Below, in pieces: positions 47,303 to 57,020 of a stretch of DNA of 64,000 bases. The stretch is taken from assembly GCA_965208245.1 (NCBI GenBank), contig OZ242325.1:2581878-2645877 (forward strand). The letters run 5' to 3'. Both the position numbers and the translations under genes were made by a program. The DNA comes from Candidatus Poribacteria bacterium (lineage in GTDB: Bacteria; Poribacteria; WGA-4E; WGA-3G). Under the pieces are notes generated by a model. That model ran no database searches and was not told the DNA's origin. It worked only from the letters and a program-made list of their open reading frames with translations. Each line of letters starts with the position of its first letter. Within the stretch, counting starts at the first letter, position 1.

Positions 47303-47820
47303 TCTCATCCCCAGGTAGGTGAGATTTCCTTATCGCACCGCTGTTGATGTAAAATTAATTCTATTTTCTACCGTAATTGTAATTGACGTAAATCTGTCAA
47401 ATTTGGTTTATTACAATTAAATTATAGGATTTACACATTTTGCTCGTTTTCAGAAGTTAAAGCGTTTAATGTGAATGCTAAACGCGCATTCACCAAGGGA
47501 AACCATTCATTGACCGTTCTTATGCAATATAGGTTTAATGCGTTGCAAATTCCAATCTTCAGCGTAAGTCCTGTCTATATAACACAAGTTGCAACCTATG
47601 TTCCATAATCTGTTTGATTGTGGAACAAGAACACAAATTGACAGTGGACGCTACAACTATTTGTTAAAAACTGGTGTTTACAAGTCAAAATCTTGTCCGT
47701 AGCAACTTGGGCTATAATAAGATTCGGGTTTCGTTCCTCAATCAAACTTATAGAATTAAGCTGGACAGAACAATATTGCCTGAGATGCAAAATAAAAAGA
47801 AACTTTTTGCAAAAATATTG

Positions 47821-47849
47821 TTGACAAAAATAATCATATATGATAAAAT
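47821..47849 (+). promoter_or_regulatory. Strong sigma70-type promoter with an extended -10 (TTGACA-17 nt-TGaTAAAAT)
   Basis: Consensus -35 with a 17-nt spacer, a TG extension and a TAAAAT -10, about 100 nt upstream of the poly-C ORF. Confidence 0.6.
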
Positions 47850-47965
47850 TTTTTTAGAATGAGAATAAATGCTCAAGTTTTTTTGCAATAAAAGGAAAAA
47901 GAACATACGAACATACCTAATTTGCTTTTAGTATTCAGTTTTGTATTTTTTTGAGCGGGGGAACA

Positions 47966-48364
47966 ATGAAAAGCCGAAAAAGTAACCATCATGCTGTCCA
48001 AATATATGCGCCAGATGTCTACTGTCTGATCGAAAATTGTGTAGGTGGCTTCGTTGATGCTTTTGCATCAACATCGGTTTTGAGTCCCCCCCCCCCCCCC
48101 CCCCTTCCAACGTCACCGTTAAATATAACAACACATAACGGTAAAAATACTTTAATAGTTAGTTCTGGTAGTGTCAACGCTACTATGCCAGCACGTCCAT
48201 TTTGGAACGTTGTGGGTTTTTGGGGATACCCATTACCCGCAAATGCTACGTTAACAAAAAACGCAGATGGCACGGTATGGACGCTAACATTACCCGGTAT
48301 CACTGATCTGGATAAAACCCAATGGGGGACATTAAAAGCTCAAGATAAGAAGGGCAGCATGTAA
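47966..48364 (+). CDS. Small hypothetical protein containing a 19-nt poly-C tract (encoding PPPPPP); candidate phase-variable gene
   Basis: The ORF is open through C19 at 48086-48104. Its C-terminus DKTQWGTLKAQDKK resembles the C-terminus of the downstream 1155-aa protein (TTQWGTLKRQY). Confidence 0.3.
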   Translation: MKSRKSNHHAVQIYAPDVYCLIENCVGGFVDAFASTSVLSPPPPPPLPTSPLNITTHNGKNTLIVSSGSVNATMPARPFWNVVGFWGYPLPANATLTKNADGTVWTLTLPGITDLDKTQWGTLKAQDKKGSM

Positions 48365-48374
48365 ATTCACAAAA

Positions 48375-48468
48375 GGTTTCGTAGGGGCGGGGTTCCCCCG
48401 CCCGCATAGTGACCAATAGGAACAAGGTTTCGTAGGGGCGGGGTTCCCCTGCCCGCATAGTGACCAAT
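48375..48468. repeat. REP-B hairpin, two tandem copies (ggtttcgtaggggcggggttccccc/tgcccgcatagtgaccaat)
   Basis: A 43-bp unit is directly repeated with 8 bp between the copies. Confidence 0.85.
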
Positions 48469-48735
48469 TAATAGTTCAAACTTCATTTCCGAAAATTGAA
48501 GGAAGTTATTATAATTCACAAGTTATTAAAGTTTACTACATTGAACTCATATTGAGTAACCTCTAAGTTTCGTTGAAAGTCGCCCGAAAATTTATCATTG
48601 CATATGTCAAGTTGCGAAACCCTAATCGGGTTTCTTTGAGCGTATCATAGCTTAGAGCGAGCCGTTGGAGGTTTTACTCAATATGACTTCATTTTAATCA
48701 AGCTGATTTGGCTTAATAAAAGAAGGAGAATATTC

Positions 48736-51700
48736 ATGACATTTTCAAGATATTTAGCACATCGGTACATTTTTCTGTTAGCGATTGCTTTAACATTTTG
48801 TTTTATTGAAATTTCTAGTGCTATAGCTAAACCGACCACCGCTGAAACTAGAGTCTTGTTCACGCAAACTCCGGGGTATATAGATTGGGGGAGGTTTGTC
48901 TGGATTCCGGCAAATACAACAGCTAACAGTATTGTTATCGATATTACATTTAGCGAAACTCCTAATCCAGCACCAAAAAAAGCAGACTTTATGCTGGGTG
49001 ACAAAACAGTAGAAGAACGTTATGCTGGCAAGCTTGGAAGTCAAGGAATAACAGTTGAAAAAATAGCAAATAGTCCTAAACACTATCGCCTACGGATATA
49101 TGGTAAAACGGGAGGGGCAATAAGTGCCCTACCACTACATACAAATCTTGTTTATAAAGGTGTCTATAAAGTGACTCTTGTCAAGAATAAATCTGAGTCA
49201 TTTATAGATTTGTCAGGAAAGTATATCGGTTCTATTCATAGGAGTGTCCAAACGAATAAAAGGACTGTAACGATTGATATTCGTTTTTTTGAACCTCCTA
49301 CGCGTGAGTTGACAAAGGGTGACTGGACAATTAACAATAGACAGGCACTCCCTGCTAATACCCAAATTTTAAAGATTGATAGTAAAAACTATCAAATTAA
49401 GTTTTTGGATACCACTGAAGTGCCGCTTACACTTGAGTTTCGTAACTATAGAGGATTTAATCTTGAAGATAATCAAGCAGGTTATCTAACAAACGAAAAA
49501 ATAGTTGTCGATTTTCGTAGTTTTTCAACTTTAAGACCTTTAGCATTTCAAACCACTGTATTTGAGGGGCGAACCTATTCATATGTCGAGGTTGAGATTT
49601 CTTTCAACGTACCACCTTATCCAACGCCAACAGAAGCAGATTTTTTATTTGATGGGAAACCTATTCCTCAACATCTGATAGACGACTATGAGGCGTATCT
49701 GGATACAAGTTATGGTGATAAGTTGTTTGCCATTGTTTTTGAAAATACAACAGTAGTACCGAAGACGCTTCAATTCAGGGACTTTCCACCTGTCAGTCTC
49801 ATCAAAAATGGTACTATAAGCAATACGACTGATGACGAAAAGCTTATTTCTGTTAAAGCCCAAGGTTTTGAAGTTTGGACTTCTGGAGGGACTACGTATC
49901 CTGCACAGGTCCACATTGATCTTACCTATAACCGTTCTGTGCAGAACAAACCGAAACTCACGGATTTTACAATAAATGGTGGACAACCACTATCCACATG
50001 GGGAAATAGAGTGGCGATCGTTCAAGGTGATTATGGGGATATGAGAATAGAGTGGGTTATTATATTTACGGGTACAGCCAGGATACCGAAGACTCTTGAG
50101 GCGCCCGGTTTCCATCCTGTTCATCTTGTTAATGATGTAGATCTACTTTTTGTGCCTTTGACTTATGTGGTACCTACAGAGTATGGTTCTCCAGTTGGTG
50201 CGGGCACGATTTTGACAAAACAATCTGGTGCACAGATACAACCGGGTGTGTATGGTATTCCTGCAAAGGATAAGATTGTCATTAATGAGATCGCGAATCT
50301 ATCCGGTGCATCTGATTGGATAGAACTGCTTAACATCAGTGATACTGGACTATCGCTTGACAAAACGGCGTTGTCTATCGTCACTGAATATAATGACGAG
50401 ACGGAGATTATCCGATTTCCCGATGTATCTATCCCTGCTGGTGGTATCCTCTTACTCGTGAATATGGATCCTGCAAACACTGATCTTGCGACGGGACATA
50501 ATGTGAAAGTGAATACACCAGATCACCCCCCTGATGCTGATGAGAATATCTCTTACCTCATCGTGAAAGGTGAAACGAACTACGGATTCACAAGTCCCGG
50601 GATTGACCTGCCAGACCATAACGATTGGATGCTTATCCTACGTAGCGGCACACCTTGGGATGTCAAAGATGGCAACGATATCTATAATACGGGATATCAG
50701 ATAGAGGATGTCGCTGGACCCGCATCTATCACTTTGGAGATAGATGAGAACGAGATTAATCAGCCTAGGGAGAAGAATAAGGATGGCACAGAAGGTGGAG
50801 ATCTCTGGTCAACTACAGTTTTTCCCTTAAACAGCCGCGAAGATACCGGTGATATGCTGCTAAGGTTCGATCGCACGCTCAATGAAGGCACAGTGCATGC
50901 ACGCGATGTTGATAAACACGGATTTGAAGTTCACAGTTTCAATCCTGCACCTTTCACAGGTATCGGCTACGACAGCGACATTACGGATGACGGGGGACAC
51001 CTCGGCACGCCAGGATATCCGAATGTTATGGCATCCAGCGTCTCCGATCTCAAGACAGGTCAGTTTATTGTCAGTGAGTTGATGTTAACAACAGATGGTG
51101 GCACGTATGCCCAGTGGATAGAGTTGCATAACACCTCTAAATCAGAAGCAATTAATTTAGAGGACCCTGATGGTGATGGCGACCTCACTGCTTGGAAAAT
51201 GACGATTGAGAACCATAATTCAGGCTCATGGAAACGTATCAGACGCAACTTGCACGTTGAAGTTGATCTAAGTGAATGGTTTCAGTATATTCCTCCCAAG
51301 CAGAAGGTGTTGATTGCTGCTTTCGCGGATCGGAATTCGGGGGCATCCGATTTTCCATCTACGCGGGTTGCGACGCTCTGGGAGACGCACAGACGTTCCT
51401 TCAGTATGATTAAACGCGGCAACCTCTTCTTAAATGCTTCAGGCGGATTCACTATCAAAATAACGGATAGTCAAGGCAACGTTTCTGACAGTGTCGGCAA
51501 CTTGGATGGAACAGCAGCTGATCCTGATGCAGATATAGGCAACGATGATCCTGTCGGTTTTGACTGGCCTACCGAGTTAACGGAAGACGGTCACCGCACA
51601 TCATTGATACGCCTGAAAAAACCCGATGGTAGTGCGCGCACTGGTATGCCAACACGTGATAGTTCAGGTGCTGCAACCGACAAGAAGGGATCCGTTCTTT

Positions 51701-52203
51701 CTCTTGGGGGAGATGAGAGCTCTGATACAGAAAGTTTTGCATGGAAACATGCAGCAGATATAAACCTTGACGACCTCGCCAAAATGACATGGTTCGGCAA
51801 TGAAAACGATATCAGCACACCGCTAAACCTAGAAAACACGGTGATGCCTGTCTTACTCTCATATTTCCGTCCGATTCTGGAAAATGGCGAAGTCCTTATT
51901 CAATGGACAACGGAAGCCGAACTCGACAACGCAGGATTTCATATCCTACGCAGTGAAACACGGGATGGACACTTCAAACGCATCAACACCCAGTTGATAC
52001 AAGGTGCCGGTTCAACAGCGGAACGACAGACTTATGAATGGATAGATACAACCGCAAAACCGGGAGTTGTCTATTACTATCAGATAGAGGATGTCTCTTT
52101 TTCAGGTGAACGCTATCGGTTAGCAACGACGAAACTAAAAGGATTCGTCTCTGCCAAGAACAAACTCACAACGCAATGGGGAACGTTAAAAAGACAATAT
52201 TAG
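48736..52203 (+). CDS. Large secreted surface protein with four N-terminal repeats of about 150 aa and two lamin-tail (LTD) domains
   Basis: Signal peptide plus AGGAG SD. Repeats are marked by VIDITFSETP / VTIDIRFFEPP / VEVEISFNVPP / VHIDLTYNRSV. The LTD signatures are IVINEIANLSGASDWIELLNISDTGLSL and FIVSELMLTTDGGTYAQWIELHNTS. Confidence 0.6.
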   Translation: MTFSRYLAHRYIFLLAIALTFCFIEISSAIAKPTTAETRVLFTQTPGYIDWGRFVWIPANTTANSIVIDITFSETPNPAPKKADFMLGDKTVEERYAGKLGSQGITVEKIANSPKHYRLRIYGKTGGAISALPLHTNLVYKGVYKVTLVKNKSESFIDLSGKYIGSIHRSVQTNKRTVTIDIRFFEPPTRELTKGDWTINNRQALPANTQILKIDSKNYQIKFLDTTEVPLTLEFRNYRGFNLEDNQAGYLTNEKIVVDFRSFSTLRPLAFQTTVFEGRTYSYVEVEISFNVPPYPTPTEADFLFDGKPIPQHLIDDYEAYLDTSYGDKLFAIVFENTTVVPKTLQFRDFPPVSLIKNGTISNTTDDEKLISVKAQGFEVWTSGGTTYPAQVHIDLTYNRSVQNKPKLTDFTINGGQPLSTWGNRVAIVQGDYGDMRIEWVIIFTGTARIPKTLEAPGFHPVHLVNDVDLLFVPLTYVVPTEYGSPVGAGTILTKQSGAQIQPGVYGIPAKDKIVINEIANLSGASDWIELLNISDTGLSLDKTALSIVTEYNDETEIIRFPDVSIPAGGILLLVNMDPANTDLATGHNVKVNTPDHPPDADENISYLIVKGETNYGFTSPGIDLPDHNDWMLILRSGTPWDVKDGNDIYNTGYQIEDVAGPASITLEIDENEINQPREKNKDGTEGGDLWSTTVFPLNSREDTGDMLLRFDRTLNEGTVHARDVDKHGFEVHSFNPAPFTGIGYDSDITDDGGHLGTPGYPNVMASSVSDLKTGQFIVSELMLTTDGGTYAQWIELHNTSKSEAINLEDPDGDGDLTAWKMTIENHNSGSWKRIRRNLHVEVDLSEWFQYIPPKQKVLIAAFADRNSGASDFPSTRVATLWETHRRSFSMIKRGNLFLNASGGFTIKITDSQGNVSDSVGNLDGTAADPDADIGNDDPVGFDWPTELTEDGHRTSLIRLKKPDGSARTGMPTRDSSGAATDKKGSVLSLGGDESSDTESFAWKHAADINLDDLAKMTWFGNENDISTPLNLENTVMPVLLSYFRPILENGEVLIQWTTEAELDNAGFHILRSETRDGHFKRINTQLIQGAGSTAERQTYEWIDTTAKPGVVYYYQIEDVSFSGERYRLATTKLKGFVSAKNKLTTQWGTLKRQY

Positions 52204-52353
52204 TCGCTTGCCTTATCTTCTACTATACCTTGGACAGTTTAAACAACCTATCAGGGCTTCCAAAGGCAATAAAATTGTTATGTCTACACTCTTTGGCTCA
52301 TGTCTCATTTGTCATTATAAAATTTCATTATAGTGAAATATACACTTACTCCT

Positions 52354-52400
52354 GCACTGTATTGTCCCACAAACTTTTAGTTTGTGGGACAATACAGTGC
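52354..52400. terminator. Perfect 22-bp inverted repeat hairpin (GCACTGTATTGTCCCACAAACT ttt AGTTTGTGGGACAATACAGTGC)
   Basis: Exact palindrome with a 3-nt loop, 150 nt downstream of the LTD-protein stop. It could be a terminator or a protein-binding site. Confidence 0.45.
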
Positions 52401-52633
52401 GGTCTTTCAGTTTAGACCCACGTAGCAAAAGTGTGTATATTTTTTGTATTTCACTATAATAACATTATTTCGTTCTTTTATTCTGTTATACCTTTCTTTC
52501 TGCCTTTTTCCACTAAAATCAAACCGACAAGGACTGTTTCTTTGAACGCCCACCCAATTTATTTGCAGGGCTATTCAGTTTTCGGTGATTTTAAAGAATT
52601 ACGCAACAAACGTTAATTTATTGAATTTATCCG

Positions 52634-52722
52634 TAGGTCGGGTAGAGCGAAGCGTCATTAAAATATTAACTGGCGACACGTTCACGTTTCTGTCGGGTTT
52701 CGCTACGCTCTACCCAAACTAC
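52634..52722. mobile_element. MITE-like palindromic element, full copy (core in inverted orientation)
   Basis: gtaggtcgggtagagcgaagcg ... cattaaaatattaactggcg ... cgctacgctctacccaaactac. Confidence 0.85.
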
Positions 52723-52855
52723 AAAGTCCACTATTAGTCCTACGCAAAAACTGGCAATTCTTAAAACTGAAGAACGAACCCTACATTCACGTTGAAAAAC
52801 ATCACGATCTGTGGTAAAATATAGATAAATTTGAAGATAAGGAGAACGAAATAAA

Positions 52856-53707
52856 ATGCCGAAGTTTGGTGTAAATCTATTATTATGGGCAGATAAATTT
52901 GACAAAGAGACTGCAGACTTAATTCCGCAAGTCGCAGAGATAGGTTTTGATGGGGTTGAAATTCCCATCTTTGATCCAGAAACAGTGGACATCCCGTATA
53001 CGCAATCTATATTAAAGGATACAGGATTAGAAACTATCGGTTGTAATATCATGGCAGGCGACCGAAATCCGATTGATGAAAACCCTGCTATAAGAGAAAA
53101 CGGTGTCAACTATCTCAAACGCACAATTGAAGTTATCGCTGAATTAGGTGCAGATACACTCGTTGGACCCATGTATAGTGCAGTCGGTAAATTGGTGGGA
53201 CGTGGTAGAAATGAACAAGAGTGGGATTGGTGTGTTGAAGGTTTACAAGATGTCGCCGAATTTGGTGGAAAACATGGCGTAACGCTTGCCAGCGAACCCC
53301 TCAATCGCTTTGAAACCTATTTCATAAATATCGCGGAAGACGCAGTGAAACTCTGTCAAGCAGTTGATAGTCCATACTTTAAAGTCCATCTCGATACTTT
53401 TCACATGAATATAGAGGAAAAGAATCAGGCAGATGCAATAATGAATACAGGTAATTATTTGCATCACATGCATTGCTGTGAGAATGACAGAGGAACGCCA
53501 GGAACCGGTCTGGTTAATTGGAATGACGTTTTCGGTGCGCTTGCAAAAGTGAACTACGACAGATGGTTAGTGATCGAATCTTTTACACCTGCTGTAAAGG
53601 AAATAGCAGCAGCGACATGTATCTGGCGCGATATTGCACCAAGTGCAGAGAAACTTGCCACAGATGGACTCACATTTCTCAAACAGAAAGCGGACGAATA
53701 TCTCTAG
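52856..53707 (+). CDS. Sugar phosphate isomerase/epimerase (xylose-isomerase-like TIM barrel)
   Basis: GFDGVEI..., ...HLDTFHMNIEE..., ...CENDRGTPGTG signature of the AP_endonuc_2/TIM family. Confidence 0.7.
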   Translation: MPKFGVNLLLWADKFDKETADLIPQVAEIGFDGVEIPIFDPETVDIPYTQSILKDTGLETIGCNIMAGDRNPIDENPAIRENGVNYLKRTIEVIAELGADTLVGPMYSAVGKLVGRGRNEQEWDWCVEGLQDVAEFGGKHGVTLASEPLNRFETYFINIAEDAVKLCQAVDSPYFKVHLDTFHMNIEEKNQADAIMNTGNYLHHMHCCENDRGTPGTGLVNWNDVFGALAKVNYDRWLVIESFTPAVKEIAAATCIWRDIAPSAEKLATDGLTFLKQKADEYL

Positions 53708-53728
53708 GAGACTGTCCAGCCTTATTTC

Positions 53729-53826
53729 GTAGGTCAGGTAGAGCGAAGCGAAACCCAACATGTTAGTTCCAGCCAAAACGTATCGCCAGTTAATATTTTA
53801 ATGGTACTTCGCTCTAACCGACCTAC
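53729..53826. mobile_element. MITE-like palindromic element, full copy
   Basis: gtaggtcaggtagagcgaagcgaaacccaac ... cgccagttaatattttaatg ... cttcgctctaaccgacctac. Confidence 0.85.
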
Positions 53827-53884
53827 AATGTAAGAGTAGACATTCTACTAGAGGGTTTTTTTAGGACAATCAGGAGGAATTGAG

Positions 53885-56875
53885 ATGCAATTGAATAAGA
53901 ATTTATCACTGCTTTGCGCGATAATTTTCACTCTTTTTTTCTTCTCTCTAACTGGTCACACAGAACTGCCAAATGCAACGGAGAGTGAAACTGAAACGAA
54001 GAAAATAGAAGAGAATAGGTTACTCACAAATGTACGTCAACTTACTTATGCAGGTAAAAGGGCTGGTGAAGGTTATTTTTCTGAGGATGGAAACTCGCTT
54101 ATTTTTCAAAGTGAACGTGAAACAGACAATCCTTTCTACCAGATTTATATATTGGACCTGCTGACCGGTGAGTCACATCGTGTTTCTCCTGGTGTAGGGA
54201 AAACAACTTGTGCATTCTTCCGTCCGGGAACTGAAGAAATACTATTCGCTTCTACACATCACGATACGTTTGCACAAGCAAAACAGATCAAGGAGTTTGA
54301 ACTTCGCGCATCAGGAAAAGAACAACGCTACAGTTGGGATTATGATGTAACTATGGATATCTTTTCTGCTAATCGTGATGGAAGCAATCTCAAACAATTA
54401 ACAGATGCTGAAGGATATGATGCAGAAGGGTCCTATTCACCTGATGGTAAATACATCGTTTTCTGTTCTTTACGAGATGCCTATCCTAAGATAGACCTAA
54501 CGCCGAAACAACTAAAACAGTATGAGATTGATCCTTCCTATTTCGGTGAAATCTATATTATGGATGCAGACGGGTCAAATCAGAAACGTCTAACTGATTC
54601 ACCCGGATATGATGGCGGTCCCTTTTTTACGCCTGATGGACAACACATCGTGTGGAGACATTTTTCAGAAAATGGAAAAACTGCAGACATTTACACTATG
54701 CGTATAGATGGATCAGGGGTAACACGACTAACAGACTTCGGGAGTATGTCGTGGGCTCCATTCTTTCATCCAAGTGGTGCTTATGTCATTTTTGCATCAA
54801 ACAAACTCGGTTTTGCCAACTTTGAACTCTTTATCGTCGACTCAATGGGTAGACACGAACCTATTCAGGTTACATCAACAGATGGATTCGATGGTCTTCC
54901 TGTCTTCTCGCCTGATGGGAGTCGTTTATGTTGGACATCTAATCGCAACAATCAGAAACAATCACAACTCTATCTGGCAACTTGGAATCATGAAGCTGCT
55001 TTGGAAGCGATCTCCCTATCTCCTAGAAGCAGCATCACCAGAATCTCTGAACCGATAGGACAACAGATAAACGCAGATCTGGATTTTACTGATTTCGTTG
55101 ATGATACCAAAACTACCATTCAGCGACATGTTGCGTTTCTTGCTGACGATGCATTAGAAGGCAGAATGTCAGGTTCTCAAGGTTCAAAACGCGCAGCGGA
55201 ATACATCGTTAAAGAATTTACTAAACTCGGTCTGCAGCCCGCTGGGGAAGGGGGTGACTTCTTCCAAACTTTCGAATTCAATGCTGGCAGTCAACTCATC
55301 ACTGATAAGAACAATTTCGACATAACACGTAAAACAAACGATACAGACGTGCAGCTTAAATTCACGGTAAAGGATGATTTTTTGCCCTTCTCATTTTCAA
55401 GCAATGGTGATGTTGAGGGTGAAGTTGTTTTCGTTGGCTACGGTATACACACACCTAATGATACGAATTTAGGCTATGATTCTTACGACGGTATAGATGT
55501 GAAGGATAAGATCGTTGTTGCGCTGCGCTACGTTCCAGAAACCATCAAAGGTAAACGACGGCAGCAATTAATGCAACATGCAGGTATCCGCTATAAAGCC
55601 GTGCAAGCAAAGAAAAAAGGGGCAAAAGCGTTTTTAACAGTTGCTGGACCAAATTCTCAGAACGCTGGGAAGGTAATACCACTGAGTTTTCACAGCGGCA
55701 GTGCTAATGCTGGTATCATCGCATGTTCTATTTCAGATACAATTGCCAATGTCCTATTCTCACAAGCAGGTAAAGACCTTAAAGATGTTCAAACCAGGCT
55801 CGACGGTGAAAATCCACACTTTGTTGGGCATTTTCCAATACCCAATATCAAAATTAAAATATCAGCAGGAATTGAGAAGATTAAGAAGACAGATAATAAC
55901 GTTCTTGCGAAACTTCCACCAACTAACCCAACTGACTTTAGTGAATATATCATCATCGGCGGACATTATGACCATATAGGATTCGGGGAAATAGGTTCAC
56001 TTGCAAAAGGTGAAGAGAAAAATAAAATCCATAACGGAGCTGATGATAATGCTTCAGGTACTGCAGTCGTTCTAAAACTTGCAGAGATGTTCAGTGCTGA
56101 CTATAAAAACCATCCAGATAAGTTCAAACGTGGAATCATCTTTACGCTATGGTCCGGTGAGGAACTCGGACTTATCGGTTCAACACATTTTGTTAATAAC
56201 CCAACACTCCCTTTAGATAATGTCGCAGCCTACGTTAACTTTGATATGGTTGGACGACTTCGTGACAATAAACTCGTTCTTCAAGGAATAGGTTCATCAC
56301 CTATCTGGACAAAGATCATAGAAAAAAGAAACGTGCTCGTCGGACTTAATCTTTCACTAAAAGCTGATCCGTATATGCCGACTGACGTTACGGCTTTCTA
56401 TCCTAAGAATGTCCCTGTTCTCAGTTTCTTCACAGGATTACACAACGACTATAACCGTCCTTCAGATGACCCTGAAACGCTGAATTATGCTGGCATGGAA
56501 CGTATATCAAGTTTGGCTTACGGGATGGTATCTGACCTTATGAGTGCTGATGAACGTCCAGAATATGTAAAGGTTGAACGTAACGCACCCGAACAAGGAA
56601 GTCGCGCTTCAATGCATGCATATTTGGGGACAATTCCAGATTATACAACCGAAGATATTGGTGTAAAACTATCTGGTGTTGTAGGTGGCAGTCCAGCAGA
56701 AAAAGCCAGATTGAAAGGTGGAGATGTTATCACAGAATTTGGCACTAAGAAGATTGAGAACATATATGACCTCACTGACGCACTGAGGGCAGCCAAGATT
56801 GGGAAACCTATTGATGTGGTTGTGATACGTGATGGGAAACGAGTAAAACTGAAAGTCACACCTGAAGCAAGGTAA
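53885..56875 (+). CDS. Secreted multidomain protease: TolB-like PD40 beta-propeller, M28 zinc peptidase and C-terminal PDZ
   Basis: Signal peptide; repeated PD40 motifs (SPDGK.I.F.S.R.G...IY); M28 metal ligands (GGHYDHIGFG, HNGADDNASGTA, WSGEELGLIGS, NFDMVGR); PDZ (GVKLSGVVGGSPAEKARLKGGDVITEFG). Confidence 0.7.
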   Translation: MQLNKNLSLLCAIIFTLFFFSLTGHTELPNATESETETKKIEENRLLTNVRQLTYAGKRAGEGYFSEDGNSLIFQSERETDNPFYQIYILDLLTGESHRVSPGVGKTTCAFFRPGTEEILFASTHHDTFAQAKQIKEFELRASGKEQRYSWDYDVTMDIFSANRDGSNLKQLTDAEGYDAEGSYSPDGKYIVFCSLRDAYPKIDLTPKQLKQYEIDPSYFGEIYIMDADGSNQKRLTDSPGYDGGPFFTPDGQHIVWRHFSENGKTADIYTMRIDGSGVTRLTDFGSMSWAPFFHPSGAYVIFASNKLGFANFELFIVDSMGRHEPIQVTSTDGFDGLPVFSPDGSRLCWTSNRNNQKQSQLYLATWNHEAALEAISLSPRSSITRISEPIGQQINADLDFTDFVDDTKTTIQRHVAFLADDALEGRMSGSQGSKRAAEYIVKEFTKLGLQPAGEGGDFFQTFEFNAGSQLITDKNNFDITRKTNDTDVQLKFTVKDDFLPFSFSSNGDVEGEVVFVGYGIHTPNDTNLGYDSYDGIDVKDKIVVALRYVPETIKGKRRQQLMQHAGIRYKAVQAKKKGAKAFLTVAGPNSQNAGKVIPLSFHSGSANAGIIACSISDTIANVLFSQAGKDLKDVQTRLDGENPHFVGHFPIPNIKIKISAGIEKIKKTDNNVLAKLPPTNPTDFSEYIIIGGHYDHIGFGEIGSLAKGEEKNKIHNGADDNASGTAVVLKLAEMFSADYKNHPDKFKRGIIFTLWSGEELGLIGSTHFVNNPTLPLDNVAAYVNFDMVGRLRDNKLVLQGIGSSPIWTKIIEKRNVLVGLNLSLKADPYMPTDVTAFYPKNVPVLSFFTGLHNDYNRPSDDPETLNYAGMERISSLAYGMVSDLMSADERPEYVKVERNAPEQGSRASMHAYLGTIPDYTTEDIGVKLSGVVGGSPAEKARLKGGDVITEFGTKKIENIYDLTDALRAAKIGKPIDVVVIRDGKRVKLKVTPEAR

Positions 56876-56966
56876 AAACCGATTTTTCGCAGGCCGGTAA
56901 ATGCAATTTCCTTATCACATCTACCGGCCTGTGAACATCACTCAATTGGCACTTATGGGATATTAA

Positions 56967-57007
56967 GAAAAAAGCACCATCATCTGATGATGGTGCTTTT
57001 CTTTTCA
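56967..57007. terminator. Bidirectional rho-independent terminator (A5 - AGCACCATCA tctga TGATGGTGCT - T-rich)
   Basis: 10-bp perfect stem with a 5-nt loop, flanked by A and T runs, between convergent genes. Confidence 0.7.
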
Positions 57008-57020
57008 GTTCAAGACTAAT

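Noticed and set aside
48019-48303. Minus-strand ORF containing a poly-Gly run (GGGGGG).
   Set aside because: It is the antisense translation of the poly-C tract region. The plus-strand ORF, which has a promoter and a C-terminal motif shared with the neighbouring gene, is the better candidate.
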